The position numbers were made by a program, and so were the translations under genes. The notes beneath the pieces are model-generated. The model was not told where the DNA came from, did no database searches, and was given only the letters and a program-made list of their open reading frames with translations. A DNA stretch of 64,000 nucleotides from NCBI GenBank assembly GCA_001938485.1, contig MQRK01219574.1:1-64000 (forward strand), given 5' to 3'. This stretch comes from Girardia tigrina (taxonomy: Eukaryota). Below are positions 27,128 to 39,900 of the stretch, piece by piece (position 1 is the first letter of the stretch; each line of letters opens with the position of its first letter).

Positions 27128-27354
27128 TCAATTAAGGATTTGAACAAATTAAAAATTAATTGTATCAATATATATGATATAATGTGCAGACTATCGTTAA
27201 GTACTTATGGATTCCTAAGTCAACTCTTCCCGAAATACTGATTTCTGAAAAGACTTAGATTGTGGAAATTAATGAAAGTTGGAGTACCAGATGAATTCAC
27301 TGGATCACAAAATTCTCCAAATTGGAGGTTGCAACAATCATCTTCCTTGGTATG

Positions 27355-27856
27355 TATAATGGTTTAGTTTAAATTTAAGTTTCGCCAAAATAGTTTATTA
27401 TTTTTTTTAATTTGAAAATTTAAAAGAAATAAATTAAAAAATTAAAATGTAGAGTAAAAATATGATAAAAAAATACTTATTTAAAATACGCTTACAGTAA
27501 TAACAATCGATATATCTTAATAAAAGTTATGAACTAGGTTTAAATAAATTTTGAAATAAATAATTACGGGTTAATATTTTAAGAAATAATTTTTTTATGA
27601 AAGGGTTTATTGTAAATTTAAATTAATTGATTTTTATGATAAAGTTTAGTAAAAATGTTTGAATTAATTTAAAGTTTAAATTTCGTAAATTTTCAAAATT
27701 TAATCGAAAAATTTAATGAATTAAATTTGGGCGAAATAATTGAATTATTAAGAAATTTGTTTAAATATGTGAATTGTTGATATTAATAAATTTTGCGGTG
27801 TTAAATTATGACTTCGGAATTTGATAATACTGAAGGTGGCATAAACGCTACTTACA
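27355..27856. mobile_element. Solo LTR (502 bp), possibly inserted in an old LINE relic
   Basis: T(A)TAA...TTACA termini with exact 5-bp TSD GTATG (27350-54, 27857-61). The rejoined flank reads YGCD.W, similar to the RTE motif YGCETW. Confidence 0.7.
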
Positions 27857-29069
27857 GTATGGATGCGATCCTGGTCTATATAAGCAGACTAGATGAAAAT
27901 TGAGTTTTCAATGCATAATCCCTTAGTTAAGATCCAGTTGTGAAAATCTAAGAGGATAGTTATTCTAGCAATGAATTTTGAAGACACTACTTTCTGGGAT
28001 TAATGAAGATTTGGACTGAAGTAACAGACACCATTCAACAGACTTTTGAAAATGGTTAAGTCAGGGGTCTTTTTATTAGTAGCTCCATGGTCCAAGATTG
28101 ATGGGAACCGATGATTGATATTAATTACCTAATGTAATATATTTATGTACGTGAGTGGTAAAAACAAAGTATGACAAATAGGCTAAAGGATTAAGTATAT
28201 ATATACAATCGAATCCTTGAGCTCACTTTAATAAATATATCAATTACACAAAATTTAATGATAATTAAATATGTTATTAAATATTCACAACAAACAACTC
28301 TAACAAAAATAAAATGGAAAGTACAGCAATACATCCGGGTTTATCACAAAAGTTATTAAGTTATAAAATGACTTGAATAAATACATTCTGTATAATGGAA
28401 CTGATTTCAGTGGTTCTTTAAATCGAATTATGGATAAGTAAATGGTTGTTGAATTATTTAGGAATGTTCTTTATTTAGACACAACAAAGTCTATTATCTA
28501 AAAACTACTGAGATAAATACAAATTTTAGAATTCGTTTAATAGAATAAGATGTTCTGTTTTGAAAATGTATATCAGGTAGCTATTTCTGAATAAATCTTC
28601 CTTTTTATATCCCGGAGAACGGCAAACCGTCAAAACAATATAAATTTAAATTCCAAATTAATAATGAATTGCTATGCAATTCTATTGATTTTTTATGATT
28701 CCAAATCTTGAATTATTATAATAGTACATATAGTTTTTATGCTGACTTTATTTCTGTTGTTCCTTGTTATTTTTCTTTCGTTCTTTGGTTTTCTTTCATT
28801 CTTACAAAAACTCTTCCAAAAAATAAAAAAATTATATGATAAAAGAAATAATAAAAAAACAAACATTAACAATACAATACATTTCAGACTATTACAATTA
28901 AGAATGAGCTAAATTCATAAAATATTCAGAAAGGCTGTACTAAATTTCATTAGAAACTGTCAGTGAATTTTTGAAATATTAAATAAAAATAAAACCGCGT
29001 TTCTACCTGTAGAACGTGAACCTAAAACTGTTGGTCAAGAACCAGTTTATTACCAAAATATTAAATTAA

Positions 29070-29855
29070 CTAGAAAAGGACCAGTCATATATGACGGGTG
29101 AGCTGAGTTTTCATCTTTGAAAGTTTCTGCTTTAATTTTCAAATCGTCATTATTATAATTTGTTATTTATTGTTTCGAATTCTTTGTTGATTTAACAGTC
29201 AATCAATTGAATCGGCTCCCGGCGCTTTTTATCAAAGGCGCTGAACCATCTCGACGTAGACTATGCAGGTTTATCTCCACTTTGTGCAGATTCACTCTCT
29301 GTTCCTCCTCTATTTCGCATTTTATCAGCATATATATGATCTTAGTAAAATTTGAGCTGGAGCAAAAAACCGTGATACTGATGATAACGAAATTTTGCAA
29401 ATTTAACCTAAATAGATTTTTAGAAATATAATTAGTAAATAAGTATAATTAGAAATATTTGTTGATATTATTTTTGTAATAACGAAAATTTGTAATTTCT
29501 ACTAAATTGATTTTTAGCAAAGTAATTAGTGAATAAGTGATAAATATATCATTTATCAAATAAATTAGTATTTTCATAAAATTTTTCACTAAATTCCTTG
29601 TAAGAATCATCAAAATCGTCATTATTCGAAATCGGTGTAATTTAACCATTTAATGACTTGCACGGTTTTCGATCGATTTAATCGGCTCTCGGGCGTCTTT
29701 CGGCAAAGGCGCTGTACCGACAGAATTTTATTGATGCGGGCTATCCAGATTGACCACGTCCTTAAATGGATTCACTCTGGTTCCTCCGTAATTTCACATT
29801 TAAAAGCGTGACCGACAAACAAACAAACACACTTTTTAGACAAATATTATACATA
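29070..29855 (-). mobile_element. Non-autonomous Helitron
   Basis: The minus strand ends with hairpin CCCGTCATATATGACTGG then TTTTCTAG. (GTTT)n lies near the 5' end. It is inserted between A and T with no TSD, by comparison with the empty site at about 26192. Internal direct repeat 29210-29320 / 29680-29800. Confidence 0.85.
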
Positions 29856-31045
29856 TAAATGACGGGGAGAATATTTATTTGATCAAAATAAATAAATTTT
29901 TTCCAAAAATTAATGAATTTTTGATATAAAAATAATAATTCAAAGTTATATAAGTATTATCATTATTAATATTATTATCATTATTATATAAAAATTTAGT
30001 TACAGAAACATGAAAAAATTTTAAAAAATAATTCACTTTAATTAATCAATAATGTTAATTAATTAATCAATAATTTGTGAGTAATAAAACAATTTTCAGT
30101 TTATATTTGTGCAAGAAAATATTTATTGATTTTAGTGAATATAAAAAGTGTTTCAATTCACAATTTGTAGTAAGTAATTAAACAAAAAAACAATTTTTAT
30201 TAGAAAAAAAATTCATAAAAAATATTCCCGATATTGGAAAAATAATAATTTGCAAAGAAATGGAACAAAAGAAATAAAATTTTATATTTTTATTTTTTTG
30301 TGAGTCTTGTAAAAAAATAAAATAAAGAATAAATCATATTTGTTGGAATGAGATCGGTTTAAAATGTTAACATTGTTCGATTATTTCCATTGTTATTATT
30401 TTAATTAGTTAAAAAGTAAAATGAATTAATTTTTTTATAAAAACTTTTCAAACAAAATGTAGTTAATATTAATCATTTTTGACATTTTAATGCGTCTAGC
30501 CTCTCGCCTATTATATCCGTGTCATGAACAAATAACACCATTGTTCGGTCGGGCAGCCTGGACTCTCACCCCCCTCTTCTGCCAACACGACTCTGTGGCA
30601 TCAAAATTAGGTTTTTCTACGGATTTTTACAAAAAAAAATAATCATTTTATTAAAGCTACTTAAATAAATCGACAGGTTCTTTTGTCACAAAATCGGTTT
30701 AAGTCATATTATTTCTATAAATAATGAATTAATTATTCTTTGAAAAAATTATTTATTTGTTTTATTTTAATTAGAGATTATTTACAATTTTTCATTATAT
30801 TTATAAATAAATAATACTTAGGCTGTCCCAAAAGTCCTCAGATGGCATTTAAAAACACATTAATATTTTACCAAATTTAACCAAATTTGAACTGAATATT
30901 ATTCAGACTGTCATAAATACTGTGTTAAAATTTCAAAGCATAAAATTTGAAACTTACCAAAAAATAATATTATTGACCAACAAAAAAATTAGATGCAGCG
31001 AATTTAAAAATTTATTTAAAAAAAATATTTTAAAAATTTCTTAAG

Positions 31046-32313
31046 TGTTGGGAGCGTGGGTGGTTGACTTTAAATTCGGCCTCCGTAGAACTCAACAGAA
31101 GAAAAGGAAGATTTACAATTTAGTTAATTGAAAACCTCCCTAGATGAATAAGTTTATTGAAGAGATTAAGAGAAAACGTAAATTTCAATTTCAATTATTA
31201 AATCAAATGATAACACAAGACAAATTTTCTTCGTAATAAAACTTTTATTTATATATATACCATGATTACAAATAAAGATTTTATTACAATTGAAATATGT
31301 TTCCTTAATGTGTAATACTTGATTTTTGAGGTGGTCACAGTACATCGACTGCAGACCACGAATAGATGAGTTTAATAATAATAAAGATTATTAATTTAGA
31401 ATTTAAATAATAATAGATAATAATTAATTATTGATTTTAAAATATTTAAAATTTAATAATAAAAATTTATGATTAATTTCCAAGAACCCCACCCTGTGTG
31501 AAAATTAATCTCCTCCAATAGGCAATTTCAATTATCAAACAATTTCTCAATTTTTTCTTTGAACAATTCTTCTTCGTTATAATCAACAAAATCTACTTCA
31601 ATGATTGGAAATTTTCCTCAATCTTCTTCACTATAATCGATAATATAGTCGACAGTCTTCGACAAATAAAATGATTGGAAATTCTTCTTCAGTCTTCTTC
31701 AATATAATATAATCGAAAGTCTTCTCCAAATAAACGGCAATTAAAATGATTGGAAATTCTTCTTCAATCTTCTTCAATATAATTCAATCGATAATCTTCT
31801 CCAAATAAACGACAATTAAAATGATTGGAACTCTTCTTCAGTCTTCTTCAATAATATAATCGGCAACCTCTTTCTCGTCGGCGAATTGGCTAAAAATCTT
31901 TTAAAAGAAATCTTATGAAAAAATAATTATTACCTAAAAGTCTTTTAAAAGAAATCTTATGAAAAAATAATTATTACCTAAAAATCTTTTAAAGGAAATC
32001 TTATGAAAAAGGGTTTCTACTATTGTTATTTATATATTATTTTTAAGGATACGTAGCCTGCGTGGCTAACGCATAAAAGAAGAAAAGGGTGCGTGGCCTG
32101 CGCACAAAGAAGTGATCCTAACCTTTTTAATATAATATAATAGATATTTTAAACTTATAAACTTAAAAAATAAAATTAACCTTAAAAATAAATATTAATA
32201 ATATTTAGCTTAACGATATAAATAATGTTATTTAAAAATATTTTAAACTTGAAAATAAATTTAAATATTTTATAATAGAATATAAATAACATCGTCGTAT
32301 TATTTATTTAACA
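31046..32313. mobile_element. Solo-LTR-like insertion with internal tandem repeats
   Basis: TGTT...AACA termini. About 70-bp repeats (aatgattggaaattcttcttcaatcttcttca, about 4 copies, 31600-31860) and about 45-bp repeats (ttttaaaagaaatcttatgaaaa, 3 copies, 31895-32010). TSD not recognisable; right boundary uncertain. Confidence 0.5.
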
Positions 32314-32414
32314 TATTAAATAATAAATTGTCTTTATTTACAATAAAAATGATAATAAAATAATTAAAATAAACAAACATAAATAAAATAAATAAAACAA
32401 AAACACATCCCCAA

Positions 32415-33479
32415 TATAAGCAACAACATATTCACCATTGTTGTCAATAACCAACTGACAATAGATAAAAAGTTTATTTAGTTGATTTTTTAATATTTCT
32501 GTTGATAAAGAATTAAAAAAGAATTTACAAACTTCTTCAATTTCTTCATGTGATTTGAAAACATGATTTTTAAAACTTTTCTTCATTTTTGAAAACAAGA
32601 ATCTGTCACACAGATTAAAATCTGGACTATAGGGCGATTGATAAATTTTTTCAATTTTTCTTCTTTCAAAAAAAGAGTTGTTTCTTTTCTAGAATGAGGT
32701 CTTGCATTATCATGCCACCACTTAAGTTCCTTTAGCTTGATGCTGTTAGATCTAAGTTTCCGCCATTTTTCACCGGTATTATGAACAAAGTTCACATACA
32801 CCTCGGAATCAATCTTGGTACCATATGACAGTGCTTTTACATTAAAACGTTTGTTGCAGGTAAAGGTTACGAAAACAAGAGATTTTTTATCAGTCATTGG
32901 CGATGGCTTTATCACTTTTGGTGGAATATCATTAGAAGGAATCCAAACTTTGTGATCTTCTTTCTTTCCTCTACCTTGGAAAAAGACTCATGTCTCATCC
33001 TCGATCGCTATGTTGGAAGATGCTTCATCACCCATCTGTGAGATTACATGGCGTATATGCTTTGCAGTGTTAATGCGTTGTTGTTTATTAGCAGCAGAAA
33101 GTTCGTAAGGAACCCAAACAGAGGAAACTTTTTTGTAATGAAGTTTTTCACGCAAAATTTTGTGGACTGTATTTTTGCCTAAAGAAAGTTCATTTTCAAT
33201 ATAACGCAAAGACACATTTGTAGCTTCATCAATCACTTCTTTGACTGCTTTAATCTTTTCATCGTCTATTAATGATGGCCTGCCACTTCTTGATGAATTG
33301 TCGAAGGACGTCCGCTTTTCTTTTTTAAAATTAGTCAACCATTGTTGAATAGTTTTCAGTTCTGGGTGATTTACGTCTTCCAATGCCTACTGAAGTTGCT
33401 GAAGAATTTCTGATGCAGAGAATCCTCTTTTACTTTGAGTTAGAACAAAAAAACGTTGGCAACATTTATTTGGTTCCAT
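32415..33479 (-). pseudogene. mariner-family transposase (two stops, one frameshift)
   Basis: RSGRP, WVPYEL, DET*V, WHDNARPH, YSPDFNLCDRFLF and VIDNNGEYV motifs. Confidence 0.92.
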
Positions 33480-34692
33480 TGTTAAAAACCACTTGATTTG
33501 AATTTGTTGCACTTTTAAAATTTCAATACTTTAATAAAACAAAATTTTACTTTTTTAATTTTATGCTTTGAAATTTAAACACAGTATTTATAACAGTCTG
33601 AATAATATTCAGTCCAAATTTGGTTAAATTTGGTAAAATATTAATGTCTTTTTAAAGGCCACCTGAGGACTTTTGGGACAGCCTAAGTAAAATCTAATAA
33701 ATAAACAAGAAGGTCGAACTTGTACGACTCACTCTACTTTTCAGACCTGTATATTACAATCCCGTATTATATTTATTAAAATTTAAGTAATAGAAAATCA
33801 CAAAATAGCAAAATACGTATAATAAAGTTTCATTGGTAAGTTTTAAGACTAACCTTAGACAGATCAAGATTTTATATTTTAGTGGCCAGTAACTAACACA
33901 TGTTCGTTTAAATAAATAAAAAATTCTCAATTCACAAAATAATCATTAAACAAATTTTAATATTAATCAATTTTACTTTTTCTTTCACTTTTAAAATAAA
34001 AAAACCTTTTTCACCGATAAATTTTTTTTTCTATTAAATATAAAACATTGTAATTGATTTAGATTAAATTAACCGACAACAATGGAACAAATCAATGCTG
34101 TAAATTATTTTTTTTAATTAAAAACAAATTAATACCGTGAATTGATTTTGTGAGAAAAACAAATTGTTTTAATATACAAATAAATTTTTCGATACTTCAC
34201 ATTTTCTATTATAATAATTATATAATTTTTTAACGAAAAAGTTCCCGTTAAAAACATGTTCGAATTGAGAATAACTCCTTGAATTTATGCTTTGGATGTT
34301 TGATTGCCTTAAATGACGATTTTATCGACCAACACCAATCAAATAAATCGTTCGATGAGAAAACGCTATTGTAGAGGCTTATTAATGAAAAAAAATAATA
34401 AAATAAGTTTGATAACTTGTAATTGCCTTTACACTCATATTTCGTCTCGAAGAAGTGTCATTTCTTTTTTGAAAATTACGAAGATTCATGAATGTTCAGT
34501 TGTTGATTTATTGTAAAAAAAAGAGAAAGGATATTTTTTACGTTTTCGAACAAATAACACTTTGTTAACGTCGAAAAGAAAAAAAATCAAAATAATTAAA
34601 AAAGAAAGAATAATTAATAATTAACGTACTATAATAATGTATAATAAGGTTTAAAAAAATAACCCTAGAAATATTGATAAATTAAAAATCGA

Positions 34693-35050
34693 TTAAAAAG
34701 AATTAAAATTCCGAATCTTTTCTCTATCAATTCTCGCATAGAATCGTCCCATTTCTTGAGGCAATTCATTCTCCCGACTAACCGTTTCGATCTCGGGAAT
34801 TTCTCCATCTCTATCTTCAATATCTCGCGGTCGGTTTTTTGAATTCCGTCGGCAGAATCTTTCGCGATAAAGACTGTTTGAAATCAATTCTTAAATCCAT
34901 CGAATTATCAGATTTAGTTCGAATACTTTTGACGATCATTCTCAACGACGACAATTTCAAGTTATCAAAATTCAAGTGGCCGTCCTGTCTTTGTCGTTTT
35001 CCTCAATCAGTCGAATCTCCACAATCCATTTCTATTCGAAGAATATTTAA
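34693..35050 (-). pseudogene. Orphan decayed coding fragment
   Basis: GC-elevated, charged, protein-like frames joined by a frameshift (LRIDFKQSLSRKILPTEF / RDIEDRDGEIPEIETVSRENELPQEMGRFYARIDREK). Confidence 0.3.
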
Positions 35051-35369
35051 AGTAACATTTTTTTGTTATTCCATTGTTTTCTCCCACTGACCTCGTTTCT
35101 TTTGTTATTCGTGATTTGATTTAATTGTCTTTTTTTTATTCTGTCTGTTGTTGTTTATGAATTAACATTTTGTTTTATTGTTTGATCTTTTTCTTTTTTT
35201 TAGTTATTTATTCTATTGTAAAGGCAATAGAATAATTCTATTGTAAAGGCAATTTATAGTTATCTAGCTTAAAGTGGCCTTCACAGCTATCATCCATCAT
35301 TTTTAGATCAAAATAAACTGTTGAATTCGAATAATATCGGCCGCAATAGTAACAATAATAACAATTGGA

Positions 35370-37110
35370 GACGACGAAGAGAACATTTTCTTAAAATCAG
35401 TGAATTGAGGGCAGTGAACAGTCACCACAGTAACTCGTCTGTCAATTCATCAAATTTCAACATCGATAATCAGTCAAGACGATAAGCGACCGATTTGCCG
35501 AGAATGACACGATCGAGTTGCGAACTCCGGTGACAACACGCGATCAATTCCAACTGTGATGGATAACCCCACAGTATCCAAGTGCCATCAAAATTCGGTA
35601 AATTTTTACTGTTCACGGTGCTTTGCTCTCGATCCAAATCCCAGGATCCATTTCCGGCGATTGAGCCTGCCGAAGTCTTACGAAGACGATGCGGTTCCCT
35701 CTCCACATATATATGTTGCGGTCCACTATTGATTAAGTCACAGTCAAAAAACACCTTATAAACAACACCCCATAAAACAAAAAATAACCAGAAAAAAGAA
35801 AATATTGTTATGCAATACATATATTTAAACACAAAAATCTTTTTGCAGACGCCATGTTGGGCATGAGAACAACCCCGAGAGTGGCCGACGACGCTCGTGG
35901 ACCATGAGGAGAGTTGAGAGTTCTGAGAAAGAAAATCATTAAACACGAACCCGGAAAGTGATAAAACCACGTACCAGACTATCCAGTAACATTATGAAGT
36001 CAACAAACCTTTTGCCGGTTGCTCTTCACGTGTTGAGCCCATGATTGAGAACCCCGAACTGATAATCCATTCGTGACCGAAGTTATGAGTCTTGGAAAGA
36101 AAAATAATTAATTAGAAAGAGGCAAAGATTAATAAAGTCACTTCCAAGACGATCCGTCAACATTATGAGGTCAACAGACCCTTCACGCGTAGCCCCGAAG
36201 ATGGCGAATTCCTGAAGGTCACCCGCAAAACTTTTACGCGTTCCCCTGAAAAGATATACCCCTGGGAAAAGATACAAATTAAATAAACAAAAACAAAGAT
36301 TAATTAAAAAATTACCGTGACTCAGGCCGCGATCTAAAAATAAATTCAGATGACCTGAATTGCCCGCATGCAGACTCGAAGAATGACGAGGTGGACCAAC
36401 ACACAACGCTGAAATCTATAATAAAAATAAAATTTCAAAATTTTAAAAATTTATTTGAAGGCACACTCACTTGGTCATCCAACCATTAGCAGCGAAAAAT
36501 CCAGACGAGTAGCTGGCGTTGGGTGATTGGTGGAAATGAAACGAAGGGGTGTCCATCCAACATTATAAAAGAGACGACCACTTCGTCACTGACTGAACAT
36601 TTTAGACACATTGAATTTGACATATTAAAATTGATAAACCTATTTTTGACACGTTTGAACTCCAAGAGCACGTTTTAACGCGATAGTTTCAAGCAGCCGA
36701 AGAACAACACAGAAATCCGACGATAATTTGGGAAGAGAAAGAAACATACTTGACCATTCACGAATCAATTCGAACCAACTTCCTCCGTACCATTTTTGGC
36801 GATTATTGAAGCTAAATCAACGTAATTATTTTATTTGTACAGGGTTTTAATGCTGATTTAATAAATGTATAAATTGATAAATTTTGTTTTTATAAATTTT
36901 AATTAATAGAAAAGTTTTAACCTTTTTAGCTACTACAAATAGATTAAGTACCGTCGTCGTCGCCGCCGCCGTCCCTCGTGTAATAATGCCTCAGCTTGAA
37001 TTGTCGTCGAGCGCATCGCCAGAAGATGAAAGAGACAAACGATCCCTGTAATTATCGACGTAAGGTCGATACCCATGTCCGCGTTTATAAACAATAACCA
37101 TGTCGAGTCG
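35370..37110 (-). pseudogene. Multi-exon decayed host gene of unknown function
   Basis: GC-rich exons separated by T-rich GT-AG introns at about 36593-36639, 36416-36470, 36262-36315, 36091-36141, 35923-35974 and 35755-35818. Stops and frameshifts prevent a clean spliced ORF. Confidence 0.6.
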
Positions 37111-37249
37111 TGGCTTGAGGAAATGGGACCGCAAGTGCGCCCGTGGCGGGGAATATAATTTTGCTAAGAAATACCTTAGAGTTTGTTTTCACAGCGCCGC
37201 GGCAAAATAAAATTAATGTGATATAACAAATAATAATTTATTTCTGAAT

Positions 37250-37400
37250 TTTGAGTTTTACGATTTAATGTATAAATGAATTTTAACGATTTTTCATGAT
37301 ATTTTTAATTCGATAGAGTTTTACGATTTAATGTATAAATGAATTTTAATGATTTAGTGTATAAATGAATTTTAATAATTTTCATAATATTTTGAATTTT
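37250..37400. repeat. Tandem repeat (gatttaatgtataaatgaattttaa, about 3 copies)
   Basis: Direct reading. Confidence 0.8.
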
Positions 37401-38049
37401 ATTTAATCTGACGACTAAGTTAAGGTGAAAGTAAAATTTTAAGGTAGATTTTGAAGAAATGACTTATGATTGAACCAACGAAATTCGAATTTATCTATTT
37501 AGTATCGATTTATTATTTTCTGATCCAGTTAATTATTTAACGAAATTTTATTTATTAGATATTTAATAATGTCTTGAAAAATAGTTAAGGACCGTTTCAG
37601 GAGTTACTCAGGATTTACCGAAAATAGAATAATGAATTTCGTAAGAACACTTCGCACCATAGTATCAATAATAACATTTTCACTTATTAACGATAATAAG
37701 TTTGATCTTTTAAATTGGTCAAATATTGTTTTGATAATTATAGGAGTTGAATTAATTCGAACTCCCTCTTAATAACATCGTTCGTGATGAATTCTAATAA
37801 TTTCGATGTCGATTTGATAATGACGATTACAATGCTAATTAGCGGATAAATTTAATCTTCCAGGCAGCGCGGGAATTAATAATCCGGCGTAGCCCGATAA
37901 CTCATAGCACATTCGGTAAAAACTAACGATAAGGAGATGCTGGTCGGTATACCGAGAGATAGTTATGCTAAACAGTAACAACGGCACATATTGACATCCT
38001 AACAGATAAGATCCTCGGGAGCGCAACAATACTATAAATTACCGAGTGA

Positions 38050-38175
38050 CATAACGATGCCGCAAGTCTAATCCTACACGACAGAATACATTGCCTTAAG
38101 TTTCTAAAACAGAAATACATAACAATGCTGCAAGTCTAATCCTACATGCAGACACAACATTGCCATAAGTTCCAT
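38050..38175. repeat. About 68-bp tandem duplication
   Basis: cataac.atgc.gcaagtctaatcctaca...cattgcc.taagtt occurs twice. Confidence 0.85.
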
Positions 38176-38699
38176 ACTACATAATAAACATAACAGTGCA
38201 ATAAGTTTTATATCATACACAATAGTACAGCGGGTTGCATATTTTAAGATATCATCCCCGATCGATACTGAGTTAGGTGGGGGGTCCATAACTCATCCCG
38301 CCTTTATCAGAACCCGATGGCCCTTCAGACTCGGCACTGCTAGGCAGATGTCGAGCGAGAAGAAGCATCCGACCCATAGCTACAGATAGCAAACTAGATA
38401 AGTATCAAGGTGAGTTATAAAATATCATAAATTGAGATTGGGTTGTGGCTGACCCTTAATAGCCACTGGGGGCTCTGAGTCTTTGAAAATGTTTAAACTC
38501 AAATGGGTCGTGACATATAAATACACTTGGACCTCCTATCACACGATCTTGATGAATTCTAACTACCAAAAGAAGAGGAAGACCCTTTTAGGAATTCAGA
38601 TCAGACTGATAGCAGAATTAGGCAGATGCATGGTTGCGACGTCGTGGCGTTGGTAGGGGATGGATAATTTTTACCTTACCTCGGTGGGCTTTTGAGAAT

Positions 38700-39050
38700 C
38701 GATCATATCTCTCGTGAAAATCCTCCTGCAAGGCAACAAGACTGATCTTTGTATTGGTAGAAGAAACAACAGCCTCTGACGGAAAATGATTATAACCTCT
38801 GATGTGTTTATGACAATTGACCAGTTTCAGTTGAAATAAGAAAAAGCTTCTTCAATTAAAACAAACTAGTATCCAACATTTTATCCCACACGTATTTGAT
38901 GCCATCCATAATTATGGATGGAACCGATTATAATTGATTCTATGTAAATATTTGTCGCTACATTCGACACCAAATTATCGAATTTTCCTAAACTCTCAAT
39001 CGTCTCTGAAACAAGTTTCTTTCGGTCTGCAGACCCCAACACCTTTCTCC
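38700..39050 (-). pseudogene. Short-chain dehydrogenase/reductase (DHRS4/DHRS2-like) fragment
   Basis: LGSADRKKLVSETIESLGKFDNLVSNVATNIY...VWDKMLDT resembles DHRS4 (VGKAEDRERLV...GGIDILVSNAAVNPF...VWDKTLD). Heavily decayed downstream. Confidence 0.6.
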
Positions 39051-39900
39051 CTACTAGGTGAATTAAATATTTTCGGAGTTCGCGAAACAAGGAAAAATAG
39101 TCAAAAAACAATAATGATTTTACTTTAATATATTTTTTCATGTTTTCTCATTTTTTAATTCTTTAAACACAGTTTGTGTTACTGTTTGACTCCTACATAT
39201 ATGTATGAATAAAACTTCACAAGATCAATTGGCTCTTTGCTTTAGAGGTGCGATGACTTCTTTACTAAGAATTATTACGTATCTTTTAATTGGGAAAATT
39301 TGAAAGGTCTTCGGATCAACTGACTTGGGGTAAGTCTATGTTAATTCTTTAATGTTTGATATTCGATATTCGAGTTTTGAATGGACTTCGTCCCTGAGAA
39401 AAAATGTTTACAATTACTTACTGAAGAATTATTGTCTAGGCAGGATTAGATTGATTGGTATTTCGATTTAATGTTCTTCTTTTTTTAATTTGGTTATTTT
39501 GAAACTATTTATCAAATAATTTAGGAACCGGAAATTTACAATAAACTTAATAATTAATTCGTTGCCAATTAAGTTTATTGATTATTTTTTTCATTGATTA
39601 TTTAATTTCATTTTCTAATTATCATAGTAATTTAATAACTTTTCTTTTTTATCTTTTTTTCTCTTTGTTGTTTCCCTTTCTTATCTTTCATCAAAATAAA
39701 AAAGACAAATAAATAAATTCGACTACAAAAAACAATAAAAATGCACACAGACATACTAAAAGACAAATCCAAGAACAATGATCGACAACTTTCAAAGAAA
39801 GGAACATAAATATATAAATTTTAATATTTTCAATATAAATAAAGATAATTGGTCAAGACACTCTGCATAGTGTTCTTTGTAGAAAAAGAGAGGTTAAATT

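Larger units (their letters stand above)
25630..30180. repeat. Large imperfect inverted repeat (arms about 25630-26285 and 28985-30180)
   Basis: Reverse-complement matches such as ctacaaattgtgaatt/aattcacaatttgtag, ttctccccgtcattta/taaatgacggggagaa and tcttgaccaacagttt/aaactgttggtcaaga. Confidence 0.85.
30817..33687 (-). mobile_element. Full-length mariner-like element with about 130-bp TIRs and a nested insertion
   Basis: TA|CTTAGGCTGTCCCAAAAGTCCTCAG...; the arms 30817-30948 and about 33556-33687 are near-identical inverted copies. Confidence 0.92.

Noticed and set aside
26931-27168. ORFs of YIYI repeats, also the tail of 23156-23389
   Set aside because: These are translations of (TA)n microsatellites and N gaps.
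31600-32010. Regularly spaced repeats resembling a CRISPR array
   Set aside because: The units are degenerate tandem repeats with similar rather than unique spacers. There are no cas genes, and the context is a eukaryotic TE.
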